A stretch of 64,000 bases of DNA from an uncultured Acidobacteriota bacterium (GCA_963720005.1 CAVREM010000042.1:307918-371917); one strand, 5' to 3'. Positions 17,266-26,825 are shown, counted from the first letter of the stretch. The notes: a model not told the origin generated them from the letters alone. A program made the numbers and translations.

Positions 17266-19902
17266 TTATTCGTGTCTGAGCGCGACCAGCGGATCCACGC
17301 GGGCGGCTCTGACGGATGGAATCATGGCCGCCGCCAGGCTGGTGAGGACGAGGAGAGTCGCCACCGACGCGAACGTGATCGGATCGGTTGGCTCGACCTC
17401 GAAGAGGAGCGTCCTCATGACGCCGGTCAGCGCAAGCGCTGCCGGGATGCCGATGAGGATCCCGATGAACACGAGGCGCACCGCCTGCCCGATCACCATC
17501 CGGACGACATCCCTCTTGCCAGCGCCGACGGCCAATCGCAGTCCGATTTCCGGCGTGCGCTGGGTGACGAAGTAGGCAATGACGCCATAGAGGCCGAGCA
17601 GAGCGAGTCCCAGACCGCTCGCGGCGAGCACGAGCACGAGCCGCAGGTAGAAACGCCGACTTGCTGTCGCCGCCACGAAAACGTTTTCCATAGGTCGGAC
17701 GGCAAAGAGCGGCACGGTCGGATCGACGCTGCGGACCGCCTGACGCATCGCCGGGATGTATGTTTCCGGCCAGTTCTCCGCGCTCCGGACCACGAGCGCC
17801 ATGCTGCGCTGGAATGCGTTCCACGCACCCTCCGGCGCCTGCGTGTAGGGTAGAAACAGCTCCATCGGCGCCAACGCAGTCTGTCCGGAGCTTCTGGCAT
17901 CGGCGACGACGCCGACGACTTCGCGCCAATCGGGGTTATCGCGGCCGTACCACGTGGAGAGGCGTTTGCCGACGGCGTCGTCGCCTGGCCACAACGCGGC
18001 CGCGAGGCGTTCGTTGATCACGACGACGCGGGGGCTGCCTGCCGCCACGTCGCGAGCTTGAAGCGATCGACCTCTGACGATGTTCATGCCGATCGCCTCG
18101 AAGTAGTCGTCGGTCACGAGACGGACCATCGGGCTTGGTTCGGTCCCCGGAATGGAGCTTGTCCCCTCCGCAACGGTCGTCGAGTCCACGTCATTCCCGG
18201 TCAGCGGAAGATGGCTTGCAGCTGCGGCGTATCCGATGCCGCTCGTGCTCCGCAGCGGCGCCAGTATACGGGCGTACGCGTCTGCCACGAGGTTGTCGCT
18301 GCCGTAGGGGGCAGCCGGTAATGACAGTCGCCCCGTGACGACGAAGTGCGGGTTAAAACCGAGCGGCACCTGCCGCAACCTGTCGGCGCTGCGCAGCAGC
18401 AGGCCCGTGCCGATCAACAGGATGACCGTGAAGGCCGTCTCGACGACGACCATCGTTGTCCGCAGCCGGTCGCGGCCGCCGCCATCGAACGCCGTTCGAC
18501 CGCCGTCGCGCAGCGAGCTCTGGAGATCGCTGCGAGCGGCGCGCAGCGCGGGCGCCAGCCCGAACAGAATCGCCGCGAGGCCGGTAACGGCAAGCGCAAA
18601 CAAAAGGATTTCGAGCTGAAGCCCGGCCTCGTGCAGGCGCGGGAGGGTTATCGGCCCGTGCGTAACGAGGAAGTTGATCGTGGCCGAGGCGACGACCAGC
18701 GACGCCAGCCCGCCGGCGAGCGCAAGCGCCACGCTTTCGGTCAGGAGCTGCCTGACGATGCGGGACTGGCCACCGCCGAGGGAGCTTCTGATCGCGATTT
18801 CCCGGCGCCTGGTGGCTCCACGGGTTATGAGAAGACTCGCGATGTTCACGCACCCAATCAGCAGGACGAAGCCGACCGCGGCCGACAGCACGACGAGCTG
18901 CGTCCTGACGTTACCGGTAAGCTCCTCCTGCAGCGACTGCACCAGCACGCCCCGGCCTTCCATGTCCTGGGGATGGCGCTCGACGATCCCGCGAGTGACG
19001 CGCTCGAGGTCGTCCTGTGCCCCGGCCAGCGACACGCCCGGCTTGAGCTTCGCGAGAACGCTCAGATAGTGCGACCCGAAGTTGTTCCGCTGTGCCGGCG
19101 AGAATGTCAGGAGTGTCCACAACTGAGAGCTGAACCCGCCGGTGATGCCGGCGCGCGTTGGGTCGATCAGCGCATAGGCGGCCGGAGCCACGCCGACGAC
19201 CGTGAAGGGTTCGCCGTCCAGCCTGATCTGCCGCCCGACGATACCGCCATCGCCGCCGAAGCCTGATTGCCACAACGAATGGCTCAACACGGCGACGCGT
19301 CCGTCCGACGAGACGTCGTCTTTCGTGAAATAACGGCCGATTACCGGCGGCATGAACGCCACGTCGAAGTAGCCAGGTGTCACGCGCATACCGCGAACGC
19401 GCTCGGGATCTCCTTCTCCCGCGAGATTGAAGGTCGTGCCCTGGCCCGATGCGGTGTATTCGAAGACCGTGCTGTGTTCGGTCCAGTCGTGAAAGTGGCC
19501 CACCGATGCGTTCCCGACCTGCCGGAGGGTTTCGCGAACGAGCACGATCCGCTCGCCGTCGGTGTACGGGAGTGGCCGAAGGAGCACGGCATTGACGACG
19601 CTGAATACGGCGGTCGTCAGTCCGATGCCGAAGGCCAGCGTCAGGACGGCCACGGTCGTGAAGCCGGGGTTGTGTCCGAGCATTCGAAACCCGTGGCGAG
19701 CGTCCTGGCGCAGCTGATCGATCCACACGGGAATCCAGACGCCGCGAGCCTCTTCCTGAGCGCGGGCGACGCTGCCGAACTTGCGCAGCGCGGCGTACCG
19801 TGCATCGCGCGCGGTCATCCCGCGAGCGATGTTCTCCTCGGTCTCGCGCTCGATGTGATCGCGAATGTCGCCGTCGAGATCCGACAAGGGGTGCTTCGTC
19901 AT
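17266..19902 (-). CDS. Duplicated FtsX/MacB-type permease without a cognate ATPase gene (ADOP-family-like)
   Basis: True start is [29 protein letters not shown] at 19902, which overlaps the padR stop (ATGA). There are two MacB-like periplasmic domains plus two FtsX 4-TM modules. The gene is intact. Confidence 0.8.
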   Translation of the reverse strand: MTKHPLSDLDGDIRDHIERETEENIARGMTARDARYAALRKFGSVARAQEEARGVWIPVWIDQLRQDARHGFRMLGHNPGFTTVAVLTLAFGIGLTTAVFSVVNAVLLRPLPYTDGERIVLVRETLRQVGNASVGHFHDWTEHSTVFEYTASGQGTTFNLAGEGDPERVRGMRVTPGYFDVAFMPPVIGRYFTKDDVSSDGRVAVLSHSLWQSGFGGDGGIVGRQIRLDGEPFTVVGVAPAAYALIDPTRAGITGGFSSQLWTLLTFSPAQRNNFGSHYLSVLAKLKPGVSLAGAQDDLERVTRGIVERHPQDMEGRGVLVQSLQEELTGNVRTQLVVLSAAVGFVLLIGCVNIASLLITRGATRRREIAIRSSLGGGQSRIVRQLLTESVALALAGGLASLVVASATINFLVTHGPITLPRLHEAGLQLEILLFALAVTGLAAILFGLAPALRAARSDLQSSLRDGGRTAFDGGGRDRLRTTMVVVETAFTVILLIGTGLLLRSADRLRQVPLGFNPHFVVTGRLSLPAAPYGSDNLVADAYARILAPLRSTSGIGYAAAASHLPLTGNDVDSTTVAEGTSSIPGTEPSPMVRLVTDDYFEAIGMNIVRGRSLQARDVAAGSPRVVVINERLAAALWPGDDAVGKRLSTWYGRDNPDWREVVGVVADARSSGQTALAPMELFLPYTQAPEGAWNAFQRSMALVVRSAENWPETYIPAMRQAVRSVDPTVPLFAVRPMENVFVAATASRRFYLRLVLVLAASGLGLALLGLYGVIAYFVTQRTPEIGLRLAVGAGKRDVVRMVIGQAVRLVFIGILIGIPAALALTGVMRTLLFEVEPTDPITFASVATLLVLTSLAAAMIPSVRAARVDPLVALRHE

Positions 19903-20234
19903 GCGCGCCTCAAGACACGGCCGATCGCCAGCGCCAACCGATCCCAGTTCGAGGTTTCGACGACGAGCTGCTTGCGGCCCTTCGCGGTCAGCCGGTAGAA
20001 CTTCGCCTTGCGGTTGTTCTCGGAGGTGCCCTCGGCGAAGGCGATCCATCCGCGCTTGATCAGCCGGTGCAGCGCGGGATACAGCGATCCCTGTTCGACC
20101 CGCAGCACCGCGTCGGAGCTCTGCTCGATCGCCTTGGCGATGGCATGGCCGTGGGCGGGCCCGGCCTCGAGGGTCTGCAGGATCAGCAGGTCGAGGGTGC
20201 CTTGCAGGAGCTCGATCTTGTGTGTGGTAGACAT
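19899..20234 (-). CDS. PadR-family transcriptional regulator
   Basis: [64 protein letters not shown] is a typical PadR winged helix. I prefer the ATG at 20234 to the track start at 20261. Confidence 0.85.
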   Translation of the reverse strand: MSTTHKIELLQGTLDLLILQTLEAGPAHGHAIAKAIEQSSDAVLRVEQGSLYPALHRLIKRGWIAFAEGTSENNRKAKFYRLTAKGRKQLVVETSNWDRLALAIGRVLRRA

Positions 20235-20271
20235 TCTAGGTGAGAGTAGACGGGCACACATAGAATGTCAA
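20231..20271 (-). promoter_or_regulatory. Candidate padR promoter (TTGACA-17-TACTCT) with flanking 8-bp inverted repeat; (near-)leaderless
   Basis: The minus strand reads ccccTTGACAttctatgtgtgcccgtcTACTCTcacctagaATG. The inverted repeat ACATTCTA (20231-20238) / TAGAATGT (20261-20268) overlaps the start codon and the -35 box. Confidence 0.5.
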
Positions 20272-20277
20272 GGGGAA

Positions 20278-20318
20278 GAGTCGGTAGTCGGTGTTGGTAG
20301 TCGGTAGTCGAGAGTCGG
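20278..20318. repeat. GTAGTCG-word tandem repeat (half element)
   Basis: The sequence is gagtcggtagtcggtgttggtagtcggtagtcgagagtcgg. The reverse-complement word CGACTAC is tandemly repeated at 48835-48873. Confidence 0.75.
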
Positions 20319-20331
20319 TTGACCGCCGGCG

Positions 20332-20868
20332 TCAGAGCGTGGCGCGGATGCGTTCGATCTGGCGGCGGTGCAGCAAATCGTGGCCGGCGTAGAGGCTGCG
20401 CAGGTGGCCGACGCTTTCCTCGCCGCGCTCGGCGTGCAGGCCGACGCGTTTCAGGTCGTCGGCGGTGGCGCGTTCGAGCAGGCGCAGGTTCGCGCGGCGG
20501 ACGACCGTGAACAATTCCAGGGCGGCTCCTGGATCGGCATCGGCGTAGCGGAGGCGATCGGCCCAGATGTCCTGATCGTAACCGGTGAGCTGTGGGCGAT
20601 CCTGCGCCAGGATCAGCCGGAATCGCCACGCGCCGACGATTTCCGAGTCCGACAGGTGCTGCAGGACCTGCGCGATCGACCACTTGCCGGGACGCTCGGG
20701 CTGGCGGAGCTGCTGCGGCGACAGTCCCGCGATCGCCTGCGGCAGGATGTCGATCGTTTCACGCATCACTGCGAGCGGATCGCGATTGCCAAGGAGGTCG
20801 AGCACCGCGGCCACATAGGCGGCCGCATGCTCTGCCGCGCCGGATGCCGGGTTCGTGAACACTGACAT
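20332..20868 (-). CDS. DinB-family (four-helix-bundle metal-binding) protein
   Basis: Start MSVFTNPASGAAEHAAAYVAAVLDLL at 20868. KWSIAQVLQHLSDSEIVGAWRFR and HLRSLYAGHDLLHRRQIERI are present. The longer track ORF prefix reads as nonsense. Confidence 0.7.
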   Translation of the reverse strand: MSVFTNPASGAAEHAAAYVAAVLDLLGNRDPLAVMRETIDILPQAIAGLSPQQLRQPERPGKWSIAQVLQHLSDSEIVGAWRFRLILAQDRPQLTGYDQDIWADRLRYADADPGAALELFTVVRRANLRLLERATADDLKRVGLHAERGEESVGHLRSLYAGHDLLHRRQIERIRATL

Positions 20869-20873
20869 GTGCG

Positions 20874-21236
20874 CTACTCGTCGTCTTTCTTCGGTGGGAA
20901 CTCGTCCGCCTCCGATGCCGGCGAATGAGCCGCAGGATGAGGCACAACCGGCCGCAGCATCCGTCTGCGCCGCGGCCGCGCCGTCGCCGGATGGCCGGCG
21001 GGCTTTGTCCGGCCGCCAATCGGCAACGGTCGCCGCGTTGCCGGGTCGGCGCGCTCGCGTTCGCGGATGAACGCTTTGATGATCTTCAACGCCGCCCGCG
21101 CTTCGCGCTCGGTTCGCCGTCCCTTGAAGTACGCCGCCAATTCGCGGGTGGCCCGCAGCACTTCCTGGTTGCGAATCTCGTCGTCGGCAGGTCGATTCGG
21201 CGAGGCGGGGCGTTTTCGAAGTCGGCCCATCGTCAT
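20874..21236 (-). CDS. Small basic hypothetical protein
   Basis: ORF MTMGRLRKRPASPNRPADDEIRNQEVLRATRELAAYFKGRRTEREARAALKIIKAFIRERE... ends 6 nt before the DinB start. I recognise no family, and it could be spurious. Confidence 0.3.
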   Translation of the reverse strand: MTMGRLRKRPASPNRPADDEIRNQEVLRATRELAAYFKGRRTEREARAALKIIKAFIRERERADPATRRPLPIGGRTKPAGHPATARPRRRRMLRPVVPHPAAHSPASEADEFPPKKDDE

Positions 21237-21317
21237 ACGATGCCGGGTGAGAACAGGGAAGCGATCGTAGCACGACGCGTCGCCGGAGCGCAGCGCACGG
21301 GCCACTCGGGGTGTGAC

Positions 21318-21345
21318 GTGAACGTTCACCTCAGCACGGTATGAT
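21318..21345 (+). promoter_or_regulatory. 12-bp perfect palindrome GTGAACGTTCAC plus TATGAT -10-like box upstream of the phosphodiesterase gene
   Basis: gtgaacgttcac occupies 21318-21329 and tatgat occupies 21340-21345. The ATG at 21354 lies 8 nt after the box, with no Shine-Dalgarno between them. Confidence 0.4.
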
Positions 21346-21353
21346 CACGCGCC

Positions 21354-22880
21354 ATGCCGAGCTGCAGTGTCCGTTTCGGAACCGTTCTGATTGCGGCCCT
21401 CGTCGTGGCCTCCACGGCCTGCTCGCCTTCTGCCCCGCGGCGGCACCTGGTGATTGTGGTCGACGGGCTCCGGCCCGACTACGTCACGCCCGAGGTGATG
21501 CCAGCGCTGACGGCGCTCGCTGCCCGCGGTGTCGTGTTTACCCGGCACCATTCGGTGTACCCGACGGTGACGCGCGTGAACGCGTCGTCGATCTCGACCG
21601 GTTCGTACCCGGAGGCGCACGGGCTGATGGGGAACTCGGTCTTTTTCTCGAGGGTCAACCCGGCGCGGTTCCTCGATACGGCCGATCGCGGGAACCTCGT
21701 CGACATCGAAAAAGTGGAAGGCCGCCTGTTGACGGCGCCCACGCTCGGCGAGCTCCTGCAGGCAGCCGGACGGAAGATGCTCGTCGTGAGCTCGGGCTCG
21801 ACCGGGTCGGCATTTCTGAACAACCACACCGTGTCGGGCGGTGCGATCCTGCACTACCGCTACACACTCCCCGAGTCGCTCGCCGAAGACATGAAGGCGC
21901 TGGGCCCTCCACCCGAAGACGACGCGCCGGCTGGTTCGCTCGATCGATACGCCGTCGATGCCTTCCTCAAGGTTGGTCTGCCGCGCGTCGATCCATCGGT
22001 CACGGTGATGTGGCTGAGCGATCTCGACTCGACAGCGCACGCCAAAGGCGTCGGCGATCCGGCGACGGTGGACGTACTGCGGCACGTCGATTCGGAAATC
22101 AAGCGAATCGAAGACGGCCTCAGGGCCGCGGGGGTGTTCGACGACTTCAACATCTGGGTCACCTCCGATCATGGGTTCTCGACCCATACCGGCGCCGTCG
22201 CGCTCGACGCGATATTGAAGCCCTTCGCTGGCGCGCTTCCTGACGGCTCTCCGCGAATCGTGGCCAACGGAGGCGCGATTTACGTGCGGGACGACAATCA
22301 AGCGACCGTCTCGGCGATCGTCGCCGCCTTACAGCGCACGCCGGGCGTCGGCGCGATTTTCACCCGCGCGAACGCGCGCCAGTTGCTCGACGGCGGCGTC
22401 CCGGGCACGCTGTCGTTCGACGTCGTGCGGTGGGATCACGATCGATCGGCCCAGATCCTCTTTTCGCCGGACTGGACCGATAGTGAGAACGCGCACGCGC
22501 TGCGCGGCATGGTGTCGTCCGGCGGAGTGGCGGGACATGGCAGCGCCAGCCCATGGGACGTCCACAATACGTTGATTGCGGCCGGTCCTGATTTGAAGCA
22601 GGGCGTGACGATCGAGGTGCCGAGCGCGAACGTTGACTTCGCGCCGACGTTCCTGAGGCTGCTCCGCTTGCCGGTTCCCGCCACCATGCACGGCCGGCCG
22701 CTCGGGGAAGCGCTGCGAGGGCGGCCGGACCTCGGCGCCTCCGCCGCGGTGACGTTCACGCATACGGTGCGCACACCTGACGACGCATATGCGGCGACGG
22801 CCATGTTCTCGACCGTTTCGCTCAACGGCCGCGAAAGCCGGTACTTCGACGGCGCGAAAGTGTTCAGGCCGAAGCCTTAA
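21354..22880 (+). CDS. Alkaline-phosphatase-superfamily nucleotide pyrophosphatase/phosphodiesterase (NPP-like)
   Basis: Intact 508 aa. Signal/lipobox-like N-terminus followed by HLVIVVDGLRPDYVTPEVMPALTALAARGVVFTRHHSVYPTVTRVNASSISTGSYPEAHG and WVTSDHGF. Confidence 0.8.
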   Translation: MPSCSVRFGTVLIAALVVASTACSPSAPRRHLVIVVDGLRPDYVTPEVMPALTALAARGVVFTRHHSVYPTVTRVNASSISTGSYPEAHGLMGNSVFFSRVNPARFLDTADRGNLVDIEKVEGRLLTAPTLGELLQAAGRKMLVVSSGSTGSAFLNNHTVSGGAILHYRYTLPESLAEDMKALGPPPEDDAPAGSLDRYAVDAFLKVGLPRVDPSVTVMWLSDLDSTAHAKGVGDPATVDVLRHVDSEIKRIEDGLRAAGVFDDFNIWVTSDHGFSTHTGAVALDAILKPFAGALPDGSPRIVANGGAIYVRDDNQATVSAIVAALQRTPGVGAIFTRANARQLLDGGVPGTLSFDVVRWDHDRSAQILFSPDWTDSENAHALRGMVSSGGVAGHGSASPWDVHNTLIAAGPDLKQGVTIEVPSANVDFAPTFLRLLRLPVPATMHGRPLGEALRGRPDLGASAAVTFTHTVRTPDDAYAATAMFSTVSLNGRESRYFDGAKVFRPKP

Positions 22881-22971
22881 CGCCACGCAGTAGTCAGCCG
22901 GCCTGGTCGTGGAGCCGAAGTCCCCGGGCACCTTGGAGGATCCACCGCGAGCAAGGTATATTGAGAGGTTC

Positions 22972-23496
22972 ATGCTTTCGCTGAACCTCGCGAAGGTCAG
23001 GGAGGCCCACGAGCGGTTCGAGCAGGTTTATGGCCCCGAACAGCTGGGCACCTTCGACGACGCCTTCCGTGTTGCCGGGCCGGTCACCCTTGCCTTCGAT
23101 ATCTACAAGGACAAGGACCAGTTCCGGCTGGTCGGCGGCGTGCAGACTACGCTGGAACTGCCGTGCAGCCGCTGCCTCGAGGCGTTCACGTGGCCGGTCG
23201 ACTCGTCGTTCGACCTGCGGTACCAGCCGCACGCGCGTAACACCGGCGAGGGCGAGCGCGAGATCGAGGAAGACGATCTGACGACGGCGTTCTACGAGAA
23301 CGAGACGATCGATCTCGGACAGTTGATGCGCGAGCAGTTCTACCTGGCGGTGCCGATGAAGCCACTCTGCCGGGACGAGTGCAAAGGGTTGTGTCCGACC
23401 TGCGGAACCAACTGGAACAAGGGCGCCTGCGACTGTTCGAACCAATGGGAGGATCCCCGCCTTGCCGCCTTGAAGGCGTTACGGAGGGAGTCTTAG
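22972..23496 (+). CDS. yceD: YceD/DUF177 family protein
   Basis: Contains CSRCLEAF...CRDECKGLCPTCGTNWN and sits upstream of rpmF, as is usual. ATG 22972 is preceded by GAGAGG. Confidence 0.8.
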   Translation: MLSLNLAKVREAHERFEQVYGPEQLGTFDDAFRVAGPVTLAFDIYKDKDQFRLVGGVQTTLELPCSRCLEAFTWPVDSSFDLRYQPHARNTGEGEREIEEDDLTTAFYENETIDLGQLMREQFYLAVPMKPLCRDECKGLCPTCGTNWNKGACDCSNQWEDPRLAALKALRRES

Positions 23497-23508
23497 GAGC
23501 GTAAGAAG

Positions 23509-23691
23509 ATGCCGAATCCAAAACGCCGACACTCGAAGACGCGAACGGCCAAGCGCCGCACGCACGACGCCCTCAAGGCCGTCGGCCTCAGCGAATGCCC
23601 GCACTGTCATGAGGCCAAGCCGCCCCACCGTGTCTGCCCGAACTGCGGGTACTACCGCGGCCGCCAGGCCCGCGCGGTGGACGAGGACTAG
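23509..23691 (+). CDS. rpmF: 50S ribosomal protein L32
   Basis: MPNPKRRHSKTRTAKRRTHDALK...CPHCHEAKPPHRVCPNCGYY. Confidence 0.95.
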   Translation: MPNPKRRHSKTRTAKRRTHDALKAVGLSECPHCHEAKPPHRVCPNCGYYRGRQARAVDED

Positions 23692-23700
23692 TCGGCCCGA

Positions 23701-23746
23701 GCAGTGCCAGGCACTGCACCCGAGCACCAGGCACCCAGCACCCCAG
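23701..23746. repeat. Hairpin GCAGTGC-CAG-GCACTGC followed by CAGCACC-type words
   Basis: The sequence is gcagtgccaggcactgcacccgagcaccaggcacccagcaccccag. It is word-related to 58345-58440. Confidence 0.6.
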
Positions 23747-24775
23747 ATGATTCATATCGCCGTCGACGCGATGGGCGGTGACGAGGCCCCGGGGCATATC
23801 GTCGACGGCGCCCTCGCGGCGTCGCGTCACTTCGATCTTGGCGTCACGCTGGTCGGTCCCGCGGATCGGCTCGAGCAGGAATTGAGCCGCCATCCCGGCG
23901 TCGATCGCGATCGCGTCCGCATCGTCCATGCCGACGCAGTCATCGAAATGGCGGAATCACCGACAGCGGCGTTGCGCCGCAAGCCGAACGCGTCGATCCG
24001 GATCGCCGCCGACGCGGTGGCGCGCGGCGAGGCGTCCGCGCTCTTCAGCGCCGGGCACACCGGCGCCACGGTGATGGCAGCCCATGCGGCCTTCGGCATG
24101 CTGCCCGGCGTCGACCGCCCGGCGCTCGCGGCGACGATTCCGACCCGGCGTCATCCCGCAGTGCTGCTCGACGTCGGTGCCAGCGTCGAATGCCGGCCGC
24201 AGCACCTGCTGCAATTCGCCGTCATGGGCAGCGTGTACGCGCGAGTGGCATTTGCCATCGACACGCCGCGCGTCGGCCTGTTGTCAATCGGGGAGGAAGA
24301 GACGAAAGGCAACGAGCTGACGCGCGAGGCGCACCGCCTGCTGAAGGCCTCGCCGCTGTGCTTCATCGGCAACGTCGAGGCGCGCGATGTCTACAGCGGC
24401 GCGGCGGACGTGATTGTGTCCGACGGGTTCACCGGCAACATCGCGCTGAAGGTGAGCGAAGGACTGGTGGAAGTGATCGAGGAATTGCTGCGCGACGAAC
24501 TCTCGAGCACGATCACCACGCGCGTCGGCTCGCTGCTCACCAGCCGCGCCATGCGGCATTTCCAGAAGCGCGTCGACTATTCCGAATACGGCGGCGCGCC
24601 TCTGCTCGGCCCCGCCGGGATCGCCATCGTCGGCCACGGCCGTTCGAGCGCGAAAGCGGTGCGCAACGCCGTCGCGATGGCTTACCGGTTCGTCTCGAGT
24701 CAATTCATCGAGCGCGTGGAACGTGAGATCGCGGCCGCCGCGACCCAGGCCAGCGGGAGCGGGGTTTCGCATTGA
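23747..24775 (+). CDS. plsX: Phosphate acyltransferase PlsX
   Basis: Start MIHIAVDAMGGDEAPGHIV at 23747, with DGFTGNIALK. The track ORF prefix from 23609 is spurious. Confidence 0.9.
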   Translation: MIHIAVDAMGGDEAPGHIVDGALAASRHFDLGVTLVGPADRLEQELSRHPGVDRDRVRIVHADAVIEMAESPTAALRRKPNASIRIAADAVARGEASALFSAGHTGATVMAAHAAFGMLPGVDRPALAATIPTRRHPAVLLDVGASVECRPQHLLQFAVMGSVYARVAFAIDTPRVGLLSIGEEETKGNELTREAHRLLKASPLCFIGNVEARDVYSGAADVIVSDGFTGNIALKVSEGLVEVIEELLRDELSSTITTRVGSLLTSRAMRHFQKRVDYSEYGGAPLLGPAGIAIVGHGRSSAKAVRNAVAMAYRFVSSQFIERVEREIAAAATQASGSGVSH

Positions 24776-25707
24776 GCGATCGCTCCTTCGCCTTTGCCTT
24801 TCCCGGACAAGGCTCGCAAAAGGTCGGGATGGGCAAGTCGCTCGCCGAGGCGTTTCCCGTCTGTCGCGAGACGTTCGCGGAGGCTGACGCCGCGCTCGGC
24901 GAGCCGCTCAGCCGGCTGTGTTTTGAAGGTCCCGAGGAACAGCTGACGCTGACCGAGAACACCCAGCCGGCTCTCCTCTGCGTCAGCGTGGCCGCCTGCC
25001 GGCTGCTGATGTCGAAGGGCTACCAGCCCGCGTTCGTCGCAGGCCACAGTCTCGGGGAGTACTCGGCCCACGTTGCCGCCGGGACGATGGCATTTGCCGA
25101 CGCGCTGAAGATCGTGCGGCGGCGCGGACGCTACATGCAGGAGGCGGTGCCGGTCGGCACGGGCGCGATGGCCGCCATTCTGGGACTGGACGAAGAGAAA
25201 GTCGCGCGCGCGTGCGAGGAGGCGGCCGAGGGAGAAGTGGTCAGTCCCGCCAACCTGAACGGCCCCGGCCAGGTCGTCATCGCCGGTTCGAAAGCCGCCG
25301 TCGCGCGCGCCGGCGACCGCGCCAAAGCCGCGGGCGCGAAGCGCGTCGTCCCGCTGCAGGTGAGCGCCCCGTTCCACTGCGCGCTGATGAAGCCGGCCGA
25401 AGAACGCCTGGCCCCCGAACTGCGAGCGCTCCCGGTCCAGGACCCGCGCATCCCGGTCGTGGCCAACGTCGACGCCCAGCCGAAACGCGCCGCGCGCGAG
25501 GGGATCGATGCGCTGATTGCCCAGGTGTCGGCGCCCGTCCGGTGGGAAGCCGTCGTCCGGCGTCTTGCGTCGGAGGGCGTCACAACGTATGTTGAGGTGG
25601 GTCCGGGGACGGTCTTGAGCGGCCTGGTGCGCAAGATCCACCGCGACGCGTCGATCGCGAGCTTCGGCGCCCCGGACGATCTGGCCGCGGTCGAGGCGCT
25701 TCTCTGA
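24772..25707 (+). CDS. fabD: Malonyl-CoA:ACP transacylase
   Basis: FAFPGQGSQKVGMG and GHSLGEYSA are present. The TTG start overlaps the plsX stop. Confidence 0.9.
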   Translation: MSDRSFAFAFPGQGSQKVGMGKSLAEAFPVCRETFAEADAALGEPLSRLCFEGPEEQLTLTENTQPALLCVSVAACRLLMSKGYQPAFVAGHSLGEYSAHVAAGTMAFADALKIVRRRGRYMQEAVPVGTGAMAAILGLDEEKVARACEEAAEGEVVSPANLNGPGQVVIAGSKAAVARAGDRAKAAGAKRVVPLQVSAPFHCALMKPAEERLAPELRALPVQDPRIPVVANVDAQPKRAAREGIDALIAQVSAPVRWEAVVRRLASEGVTTYVEVGPGTVLSGLVRKIHRDASIASFGAPDDLAAVEALL

Positions 25708-26447
25708 TGTTCGATCTCTCCGGCAAGGTGGCGCTCGTCACGGGTGCGTCGCGCGGGATCGGCCGCGCGATCGCGGTCCGGCTCGCGGAACAGGGTGCGA
25801 CGGTCGTTGCCGCGGCGCGCGGAGACAACGCGGCCGAAACTGCCGCCGCAATCGCCAGAACCGGAGGGCGAGCCGAGAGCGTCGGCGTCGACGTCACCGA
25901 TCACGGCGCGGTGGCCGAGCTGCCCGGGTCGATCGTCGAACGCCACGGTCGGCTCGACATCGTCGTGAGCAACGCCGGCATCGCCCGCGATCAGCTGCTG
26001 ATGCGCATGAAACGCGACGACTGGGACACCGTGATGGCGACCAACCTGACGGCTGCCTTCACGCTCGCCCAGGCGGCGATGCGCCCGATGCTGAAGCAGC
26101 GCGGCGGGCGGATCCTCGCGGTGAGCTCGGTCGTCGGCCAGATGGGCAACGCCGGCCAGACCAACTACGCCGCGTCGAAAGCGGGTCTGATCGGCTTTGC
26201 CAAGGCGCTCGCGCGCGAGGTGGCGTCGCGCGGGATCACGGTCAACGTGATCGCCCCGGGCATGATCGACACCGACATGACGCGAGCCATCGCCGAGAAA
26301 GCGCAGGTCGACTGGGCCGCGCAGATCCCGCTCGGCCGGCTGGGCACGGTCGACGACGTGGCGGCCGCGGCGTGCTTTCTCGCCTCGGACGAGGCAGCGT
26401 ATATTACAGGGCACGTGCTGGCGGTGAACGGCGGAATGTATATGTAG
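25707..26447 (+). CDS. fabG: 3-oxoacyl-ACP reductase
   Basis: VALVTGASRGIGRAIA, NYAASKAG and LASDEAAYITGHVLAVNGGMYM are present. Confidence 0.9.
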   Translation: MFDLSGKVALVTGASRGIGRAIAVRLAEQGATVVAAARGDNAAETAAAIARTGGRAESVGVDVTDHGAVAELPGSIVERHGRLDIVVSNAGIARDQLLMRMKRDDWDTVMATNLTAAFTLAQAAMRPMLKQRGGRILAVSSVVGQMGNAGQTNYAASKAGLIGFAKALAREVASRGITVNVIAPGMIDTDMTRAIAEKAQVDWAAQIPLGRLGTVDDVAAAACFLASDEAAYITGHVLAVNGGMYM

Positions 26448-26452
26448 CGGTG

Positions 26453-26559
26453 GAATTTAAGATTTCAGATTTAAGATTTCAGATTGGCGCCGATTTGATT
26501 GGCAGCCCGTCTCGCGGCAGCCACCAATCTTAAATCTGAAATCTTAAATCTGAAATTTC
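26453..26559. repeat. AT-rich AGATTTM-word hairpin element, copy A
   Basis: The arm gaatttaagatttcagatttaagatttcagattgg (26453-26487) is followed by the GC core cgccgatttgattggcagcccgtctcgcggcagcca, then the arm ccaatcttaaatctgaaatcttaaatctgaaatttc (26524-26559). Confidence 0.9.
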
Positions 26560-26582
26560 AGCGTTCTCGATTAGGAGGCGTG

Positions 26583-26825
26583 ATGGCGGTAGCCGACAAG
26601 GTCAAGAGCATCATCGTGGAGCAGCTCGGCGTGGACGAAGAGGAAGTGACGCCCGACGCGTCGTTCGTCGACGACCTCGGCGCCGACTCGCTCGACACGG
26701 TGGAGCTCGTCATGGCGTTCGAAGAGGAGTTCGGGATTGAGATTCCCGACGAGGACGCCGAGAAGATCACCCGCGTGAAGGAAGCGGTCGAGTACATCGA
26801 GTCGCACGCCAAGAGCAAGAAGTGA
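26583..26825 (+). CDS. acpP: Acyl carrier protein
   Basis: AGGAGG lies 5 nt upstream of the ATG at 26583. The sequence ...[32 protein letters not shown] is present. Confidence 0.95.
   Translation: MAVADKVKSIIVEQLGVDEEEVTPDASFVDDLGADSLDTVELVMAFEEEFGIEIPDEDAEKITRVKEAVEYIESHAKSKK

Noticed and set aside
20874-21329. Treating the full 151-aa ORF (start 21329) as the gene.
   Set aside because: The first 31 codons overlap the palindrome and promoter region of the divergent phosphodiesterase gene and read poorly. Only the part from MTMGRL (21236) looks protein-like, and even that is low-confidence.
26488-26523. Sigma-54 promoter in the core of the AT-rich hairpins (TGGCAG-N..-GC).
   Set aside because: The GG-to-GC spacing is one nucleotide longer than the strict -24/-12 spacing and the -12 element is not TTGC. 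Cores C and D lack the motif.
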